DNA of 64,000 nucleotides from assembly GCA_963829055.1 (NCBI GenBank), contig CAWHHI010000012.1, positions 1-64,000 on the forward strand, given 5' to 3'. The first letter of the stretch is position 1. Every line of letters begins with the position of its first letter. This stretch comes from an uncultured Gemmatimonadaceae bacterium (lineage in GTDB: Bacteria > Gemmatimonadota > Gemmatimonadetes > Gemmatimonadales > Gemmatimonadaceae). The notes under the pieces were generated by a model. The model worked only from the letters and a program-made list of their open reading frames with translations. It had not been told where the DNA came from and did no database searches. The translations under genes were made by a program, and so were the position numbers. This document shows positions 57,024 through 64,000 of this stretch, one piece after another.

Positions 57024-57188
57024 TCAGTGTGACACAGCGCTCGCATGCGACGTGACCTGCGTCACAGAAGGTTCGGCGCCTGCCATCTTCACGCTGCACG
57101 AAATGAACAGACCGAGAGTGAAAGCCAGGAACAACCGCTGGTAGGCGGGACGCTCGAAAAAGCGGCGAATGGCGCGATCCAGATCCAT
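57024..57188 (-). CDS. Possible small membrane protein
   Basis: 54-aa ORF MDLDRAIRRFFERPAYQRLFLAFTLGLFISCSVKMAGAE..., co-oriented with neighbours. Confidence 0.35.
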   Translation of the reverse strand: MDLDRAIRRFFERPAYQRLFLAFTLGLFISCSVKMAGAEPSVTQVTSHASAVSH

Positions 57189-57272
57189 GAGACAACAGAG
57201 TTGAGGAACGCCGTCATGAGACATGACGGCGGCTGCGAAGCCGAGACCCTACCCCGCGGAGCGAACTTCGTT

Positions 57273-58166
57273 TCAGTGGAATGTGTACGCGCCACCAAGG
57301 CGAAACGTCGTGGCGTCGGTCGGCACGGAATACAGCTCAGCGGTCACCGCAGCGCCAGCGCTCACGCGATACCAACCGCCCGCCCCGATCGCGAACCGTG
57401 TCATGTCGACGCTGATCTTCGTGTCGTCGAAGGCCGCGTTGGTATACTGAAAACCCACCTGGAAACGCGGGCGTAACCACGTCACGCCCGGTGACGCGTA
57501 CGCCCCCCACCGCCCACCAGCCGCCTCTTTCGCGATTCCTGCCTCGGCGCCGAACATGTTCGGCTCATACGTGTCGCTCGAGGGTTCGGTACCGTAACAC
57601 GCGGCGTTGGGGTCCGACTGCTGCAGGTTCTTCTCGGGGCACGTGATCGACCCACGGACGTGCCCGAACGTCCCGTGTGCGCGGAGGAGCAGTGATAGGC
57701 TGCCCTGTTCGGCGCTCCCGCTGAGGTGGACGGGGCGTGACAGCGCCACGCTTCCAAGGTTCGGCTCTGCATCGGCAACCTTGATCGGAGGCAGATAGCT
57801 GCCTTCCAGCAGCACGCCGCCCGGGAGTCCGATCGCCACGCGCGGACGCGGGAAGACCGGAGAGAGGTTTGTGTTCTCGGTCTTCTTGACGCCGTAGCAG
57901 GCCTCAGGCTGTTGGATCTCCTTGCTTGGCGACGGAACGTACGAGGCCTCGATGCCGATCCGGAATCGCCACGGAGCGAGGGGTTGGACCATGCCGCCAG
58001 GTGAGAACGAGATGGGCGTCGCAAAAAAGGCGAGCAACTTCGCCTCGTTGCTCTCTGTCGGTGGATGGCAGGTGACGCCCGTCTGGGCGCTCGCGGATGA
58101 AGCACCGAGCAAGAGCGACGCAGCGGCGAGCGTGAGCCCGATTCGGCGGCTAAGCGTAACTAGCAC
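57273..58166 (-). CDS. Secreted hypothetical protein, possibly outer-membrane beta-barrel
   Basis: Signal peptide ending ASA; alternating beta strands; C-terminal RLGGAYTFH. Confidence 0.7.
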   Translation of the reverse strand: MLVTLSRRIGLTLAAASLLLGASSASAQTGVTCHPPTESNEAKLLAFFATPISFSPGGMVQPLAPWRFRIGIEASYVPSPSKEIQQPEACYGVKKTENTNLSPVFPRPRVAIGLPGGVLLEGSYLPPIKVADAEPNLGSVALSRPVHLSGSAEQGSLSLLLRAHGTFGHVRGSITCPEKNLQQSDPNAACYGTEPSSDTYEPNMFGAEAGIAKEAAGGRWGAYASPGVTWLRPRFQVGFQYTNAAFDDTKISVDMTRFAIGAGGWYRVSAGAAVTAELYSVPTDATTFRLGGAYTFH

Positions 58167-58487
58167 AAAGGGATTGGTGAGAGCGTGTGGAGTGGCGACT
58201 GGCTGCCAGGATCGCGCAACGATAACGAGCCGCTTCTAACTCTCGCCACCCTATTGCGGTGGACGGTTCGGAATCGCGGCGGCGCTACACGAACGGTGGC
58301 GGGTCGTTCTCCTATGGACGCCTCAATCCTACGCCCGCAATGCGCTCGCACTACCTGACCGAACGAACGCCGGGGCTCCGGGATTCATCCAGGAACCGGT
58401 CCGCGTCGAGGAGCTGGACGCCTGCCTAACGATCGTCTTCGGGAGCGCGTCGGGCCGACCGGACGACCGTCAGCCGGACGACACCGG

Positions 58488-59612
58488 TCACTGACCGGTC
58501 AGCGCCTGATCGAGATCGGCGATCAGGTCGTCCGCGTGTTCGAGCCCGATCGAAAGACGGAGCAGGTTATCCGGCGTTCCGCTGTCCGGCGATTCGACCG
58601 AGGCGCGATGCTCGATCAGACTTTCAGGGCCGCCGAGGCTCGTGGCGCGCGTGAACACGCGGACACGCGCCTTCGTGCGCAGGGACGCTTCGCGCCCGCC
58701 GCGCACCTGCACCGACACCATTCCGCCGAACGCGGTCATCTGCCGAGCGGCTATGTCGTGACCGCGATGCGACGCGAGTCCCGGATAGTGGACCGCCTCG
58801 ACGTTCGCGTGCGCTTCGAGGAATGAAGCGATCGCCATCGCGTTCGCGGAATGTGCACGAACGCGATGCGGAAGCGTCTTGATGCCTCGGACGACGAGCC
58901 AGCAGTCGAATGGCGCGGCAATGGCGCCACCGGCTGTCTGCACCAGGCGAACACGCTGGAAGAAGTCGTCATCCTCGCGCGCGACGATCGCACCTCCCAT
59001 GACATCGCCATGCCCGCCCAGGTACTTCGTGGTGGAGTGCATGACGAGATCGGCCCCGAGGTCCAGCGGCCGTTGCCCGATGGGTGTTGCCCACGTGTTG
59101 TCTACCGCGCAGCGAGCGCCGGCGTCGTGCGCCAGCGTGGCGATCCGCGCGATATCGGCGACGGCGAGCAACGGGTTGGATGGCGTTTCGACCCATACGA
59201 GCCGCGTCCGCGGGCGAATGGCTCCGGCGACGTTCTCGGCGTCGCGCATATCGGCGCCGGTCATCGTTAGGCCCCAGCGGCCGAACACCTGATCCATCAG
59301 CTTGCGCGTGCCGTAGTACACGGACTCCGGCAACACGACGTGGTCTCCCGGCGACAGCGCCTGGAACACCGCCATGGTGGCGGCCTGACCCGACGAGAAC
59401 GCCGCAGCCGCTGCACCGGCCTCCAACGTCGCGAGCACTCGCTCGAGCGCCATGCGGTTCGGATTGGCGTCGCGCGCGTAGATGAAGCCATGCGGCAGCG
59501 AGCCGTCGGCGGAGCGCTCGAACGTCGTCGAGAGGTAGATCGGTGGGGCGACCGCGCCGGTCGCGGCATCAGGGCCGTGTGCGCCGTGTACCGCGAGGGT
59601 GTCGGGATGCAT
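58488..59612 (-). CDS. Cystathionine gamma-synthase/lyase family PLP enzyme
   Basis: PPIYLSTTF, ETPSNP, VDNTWATP, HSTTKYLGGHGD, SLGGPESLIEH. Confidence 0.93.
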   Translation of the reverse strand: MHPDTLAVHGAHGPDAATGAVAPPIYLSTTFERSADGSLPHGFIYARDANPNRMALERVLATLEAGAAAAAFSSGQAATMAVFQALSPGDHVVLPESVYYGTRKLMDQVFGRWGLTMTGADMRDAENVAGAIRPRTRLVWVETPSNPLLAVADIARIATLAHDAGARCAVDNTWATPIGQRPLDLGADLVMHSTTKYLGGHGDVMGGAIVAREDDDFFQRVRLVQTAGGAIAAPFDCWLVVRGIKTLPHRVRAHSANAMAIASFLEAHANVEAVHYPGLASHRGHDIAARQMTAFGGMVSVQVRGGREASLRTKARVRVFTRATSLGGPESLIEHRASVESPDSGTPDNLLRLSIGLEHADDLIADLDQALTGQ

Positions 59613-59649
59613 GTCGATCGGGAATCGGGAATCGGGAATCGAAGCCAGT

Positions 59650-60742
59650 TCAGTCGCGACCGGACGCGTTAGGCTTGCCGCCCGGCTTCCATTCCGGCTT
59701 CGTCGCCGAATCGGCGAGCAGGCGCGCGGCTCGTACCGCGACGTCCACGAGTCTCGTCATGTGCGCGAAATCAACGTGCGACACGTCGTCCTTCAGCGTG
59801 TGGTAGTCGGTGTGCATGTTGTACGACGACAACGTGTGCGCCACGATGCCGCGCTGCGCGAACGCAATGTTGTCGCTGCGCATGAAGAAGTCCTGGTCGA
59901 GGCGGCGATCGGCAACGATCGGCAGGCCTGCTGCGGCGAAGGAAGCGCCCATCGTCGATCGCTCGAACCCCGTCAACCAGCCGCGACCCGCGCCGCCGGC
60001 GAGCGAGTCGGGTCGGCCGATCATCTCGATCTCGAGGTTGGCCACCATCGCGCTCAGCGGCCGAACGGGATGCTCGATGTACCAGCGCGTGCCGAGCAGG
60101 CCGACCTCCTCGCCGGTGGTTGCCGCAACGATTACCGTGCGCTTCGGCGGCGGTCCGGCCGCCAGCGCACGCGCGATCTCGAGCACCGCCACGACGCCGG
60201 AGGCATCGTCGTCGGCGCCATTGAAGATCGAGTCGCCGGCTGACGGCGCTGCCCAGCCCGAGATGATCGTAGTGCGCATCGACGAGCACGACCTGATCGC
60301 GCAGCGCGGGATCGGCGCCCGGAATGATGCCGACCACGTTCACGGCGGCCGGGCGTGCCTCGGCAGGTAGCGTGTCGCGCGCGGCCAGGGATGGCAGCAA
60401 CGACAGCCCTTTACCTCCGGCTTGTCGTGCGACCGGAACGCGCTGGAAGTAGCCGCTGTCACCGGCAGCCTGCACACCGTATCGTGCCAGCTCCGCGGCG
60501 ATGAAGCGCGCGGCGCGCGCCGATCCGGGAGTGGCTGTGCCGCGCCCCTGCATGGAATCGTCCGCGAGCGCGCCGAGCAGTCGCCGCACGTCGGACTCGC
60601 TGACGCCGGTGGCCGGCTGCGTCACGGGAGTGGGCAGCTGCGACGGGGGGGCCGAGGAGACGGTCACTCCGCGAGAGCATGCGCCGGTCACGAGTAGACC
60701 CGCGAGAAGAACGCGACGTCCGAGGAAGCGCAGCCTGTGCAT
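59650..60742 (-). CDS. M28 family peptidase lipoprotein (one frameshift)
   Basis: AHYDHLG, NGADDDASG, GEEVGLLG, RSDN, DYH. Confidence 0.9.
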
Positions 60743-60941
60743 TGTACGGTAGCTGACTGGAGAAAGGTCAGCCGTACGGCGAAGCGCGGCTGCCGGTCGG
60801 GACAATGGTGCTGCGTGGGACGTAAGCGTCGCATCAATCGCCGCGCAACCCGTCGTCGGCTCGCGCCGTGCGGTACCCATGCCTATACTGGCATGGACAC
60901 TCGCTTCGAGCCGCGTCTCGAACCGACCGGAGTACGAATCG

Positions 60942-62682
60942 ATGCTTCTCCTCGCCTCCCTTCCCCGCGCGCTGCCCGTCGTCCTGTCGCTGGCAATGCA
61001 GCCGGCCGCAGCCACGCAGTCGTTCCTGCCCAGGTCAAAGGCCGTCGATGAGCCCCGACTCCGCGCGCGTGCTCAAGAGCGCGCGGGCGGCGCAGTGGGA
61101 TTTCGAAAGTACTCGGCGCGCGAACCTGCCGATCACCCCACGAGGATCGTCCGGCCGCTGCGACGTGCGCGTCGGGCGGTTCTGCTACTGGTGGGACGAC
61201 GGTGAGTACGATCCGCCCCCCGAGCTGCCGAAGACCAAGTCAGCTCGCAAGGCCCTGCTCGAGCGACTCGCCAACGCCGCGGCGAGCCAGCCAGGCGATC
61301 GGTGGATTGCCGGTCAGCGCGTGCGCTATCTGGTCGAGGACGGCCAACCGCAAGCGGCCGTACAGGCGGCACGCGAGTGTCGCGCCGAATCCAGCTGGTG
61401 TCCCCTGCTCGAAGGTTTCGCGCTGCACGCGGCCGGCGACTTCGCGCATTCCGACAGCACGTTCAGTGCGGCGCTCGCGGCAATGTCCGAGCGCGACCGC
61501 TGCCGGTGGACGGACATCTCTCTCCTTCTCGAGGGCGATGCGCGCAAGCGGTACGAGCGACTCGCGTGCGCCGAGCGCGGGCCGTTCGAAGCGCGGTTCT
61601 GGGCGCTGTCACGTCCGCTGTATCTGCTTCCGGCGAACGACCTCCGGACCGAGCACTTCGCGCGCCTAACGATGGCGGAGCTGCTGCGCATGGCGCGCTA
61701 TCCGCACGACATGCCGTGGGGGGACGACTCCCGTGAGCTTCTCGTGCGCTACGGCTGGGAGACGGGCTGGTCGCGAGACGTTCCCTCGGCCATGAGCCCA
61801 ATCGACGTGCACGTGATCGGTCACGAGCCGACGCCGGCGTTCGACTTCGTTCCCGATGCGGAAGGACTCTCGAAGCCCGATTCGCTCGAGGCGTCGGACT
61901 GGGCACTCCGTGACCCTGCCGCCCAGAGCCGGTATGCGCCGCGTTATGCACGATCGATCGGCGATCTCGACTCTCAGGTCGCCATGTTCCGTCGTGGCGA
62001 TTCGGCGCTCGTCGTGGCGGCGTTCGATGCCCGGCGCGATACGGCGTTCACCCACGACTCCATCGATGCGGCGCTCGCAGTGGCGCCAGCCGCCGCGCCG
62101 GATTCCGCGCGCGTCGTCAGCGATTCCGTCGCGCGCCGCAGCGCCGTGCTCACATCGTCGGCCCCGTGGGCTCCGCTCATCGTGAGCGTCGAGGCGTTCG
62201 ACTCGGCGGCGCGACGCGTACGGCGAGCGCGATCGGTGGTGCGCCCGCCGCTGTCCGAAGGCCGAGTTGCCGTGTCGGACCTGTTGCTATTCGACGATCC
62301 CGCTGCACTGCCGACGTCGTTGGACGACGCCACGCGCCGCGCACGCGGCTCGATGCGCGTCGAGCGAACGATACCGGTGGGCGTGTACTGGGAGATCTAT
62401 GGAGTGCCGCCCGACGGCGAAGCGCTGGCCTACACGCTCACGGTGACGCGCGATGGAACATCGTGGTACCGTCGTGCGGCGGAGAAGCTGGGCGTCATCG
62501 ATCGACGGGCACCGGTCTACATGCAATGGGATGAGCCGGCGTCGCGCGTCGATGCATCGCGGTCCCGCGCGATCTCGGTCGATTTCTCTACCCTTCCCGA
62601 GGGCAGGTACCGTATCGACCTAACGCTGACTGCGGGAGGCCAGGCAACAGCGACGGCGAGTCGGGTGGTGGAGGTGAAGTAA
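60942..62682 (+). CDS. Hypothetical exported protein
   Basis: Long ORF with typical codon usage; signal-like start in adjacent frame; ELLVRYGW motif. Confidence 0.7.
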
Positions 62683-62726
62683 CCAGGCCTTGGGAAGGAG
62701 GCCTGAGGAAGGAGGAGCAAAGCAGC

Positions 62727-62838
62727 TGTCATCCCGAGGAGCGACAGCGACGAGGGACCTTCTGTGACGTCATCGTAGCCGGCCTGCCACGAGTACTTCA
62801 CACAAGATCCCTCGTCGCTTCGCCCGCTCGGGATGACA
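62727..62838. repeat. REP-like/MITE-like palindromic element, copy 2
   Basis: TGTCATCCCGAG...CTCGGGATGACA between convergent genes. Confidence 0.8.
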
Positions 62839-62845
62839 AATTCGG

Positions 62846-63584
62846 TCAGAATACCAGGACGAGAATGTCGTAGATCGCGTGCGTCCACGCCGTGATGCCG
62901 AAGCCGCGAAATACGTACAGCGCGCTGAACGCCACGCCCGCGATCGCCCTGAACACGAACGAGTCGAGGCGGAACGGATCGCCGTAGGCACCCACATAGT
63001 GGAAGGCCGAGAAGATCAGCGCCCCTGTCGACGACGGCGAAGGTGTTCGCGAGCGCTGGCCGCCAATGGAGCACGCGCCGCGCGAGCAGCAGCAGACCCG
63101 ACACGAGCAGCACGCGGAACAGAAGCTCTTCGTAGAGTCCAGCGCCGAGCGACAGCATGAGCCGCGCACCCACGCCCATGTGCTGTTGAGTCGGACCGAT
63201 CGCGAGCGGCGAGAATGGCGACAGCAGTCGCGCGGTGACCGTCCCAATGACGAGACCAAAGACGAGCGCCAGCGCGATCGCCTCGACGCTCATCCAGAGG
63301 AACACGCGCGATTCGAGCTTACCGCCGCGCCGCAGGTCGCGCGCGATGAGCCAGATGCTCACGCCAATCACGCACAGAACGAACAGCAACGGGCCGCGGA
63401 CGCCCGCTACAGCCACGAACACCGAGCGGAGCATGACGTCAGCGCCATTGCGCATCTGCTCCCCAGCGAAGCGGGAGAGCGTCGCAGCGAGCACTTCGTA
63501 CAGAATCACGAGCGGAAGCGCGAACGTCACGCTGTAGCGAGGTGCGCGGCTGAGGGTCCAGTAGGACCCCGGTCTGGTAAGCAC
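62846..63584 (-). CDS. CPBP (Abi/CAAX) family intramembrane protease (one frameshift)
   Basis: GLYEELLFR, FSAFHY, AWTHAIYD. Confidence 0.88.
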
Positions 63585-63723
63585 GATCAGCCAGAATGGT
63601 ACGGGACACGTGGCGGGCTCACGGGCTGAGCCGGCGGACTCATTCGAATCCTACGATGCGCGCGACCAATAAGTGGCGCGTGCCGGCGGGTCGGCACAAG
63701 CGCGAAGCCACGAGATCGAAATG

Positions 63724-63757
63724 CAAAGCGGCCAGCCCAATTGGGCTGGCCGCTTTG
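63724..63757 (-). terminator. Terminator hairpin after SusD gene
   Basis: Perfect palindrome CAAAGCGGCCAGCCCAATTGGGCTGGCCGCTTTG. Confidence 0.75.
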
Positions 63758-63778
63758 TCGCTGCGAATGCCGGGCGCC

Positions 63779-64000
63779 TTACGGGCAACCCTGTGGCTTC
63801 GGAGCCGGACGCGCATCGCACTCGGCGAGCGGAACCGGCTGTGCCCGTGCCACGAAGTGCGTGTACTGTCCGCTCGTGTTGTCGAGCGGGAGCGTGTTCA
63901 GAATGTTGTAGCGACGGGCGTCGTTCCAGCGCTGGCCTTCGAGCAGCAGCGAGTAACGGCGGTTGTACAGCAATTCCGTGATCGCCTGCGCCTGCGTGCC
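63779..64000 (-). CDS. RagB/SusD family lipoprotein, C-terminal end
   Basis: LYNRRYSLLLEGQRWNDARRY...PVPLAEC. Confidence 0.75.
   Translation of the reverse strand, partial: GTQAQAITELLYNRRYSLLLEGQRWNDARRYNILNTLPLDNTSGQYTHFVARAQPVPLAECDARPAPKPQGCP

Overview
GC-rich (roughly 68% by eye) bacterial DNA, most consistent with a Gemmatimonadota-like soil organism (inferred from the SusD tail, EF-P type and lipoprotein repertoire). Single-base frameshifts break many genes, including housekeeping ones, so this is probably an uncorrected long-read assembly and pseudogene calls are uncertain. 1-44.9 kb is an accessory mosaic lying 3' of a tRNA-Gly: two sulfocyanin-like cupredoxins flanking three HAF-repeat lipoproteins, small GNAT/DoxX/VOC genes, a CcdA-TlpA/DM13/ECF sigma-anti-sigma cluster, a TPR membrane protein, an amidohydrolase, a MASE4/FixJ-type two-component block, three epoxide hydrolases and many gene fragments. 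45-64 kb is more core-like: MarR/SRPBCC, DksA-like, seven tRNAs, efp, tesA-ybbAP-like, peptidases, a trans-sulfuration enzyme, CPBP and a SusD tail. The strongest signal that gene annotation does not explain is a non-palindromic octamer, GCCTAACG/CGTTAGGC, found about 55 times (hand count) on both strands, inside and between genes. Also notable are a ~500-bp palindrome built from 80-bp units and a candidate ECF promoter motif shared by four neighbouring genes.
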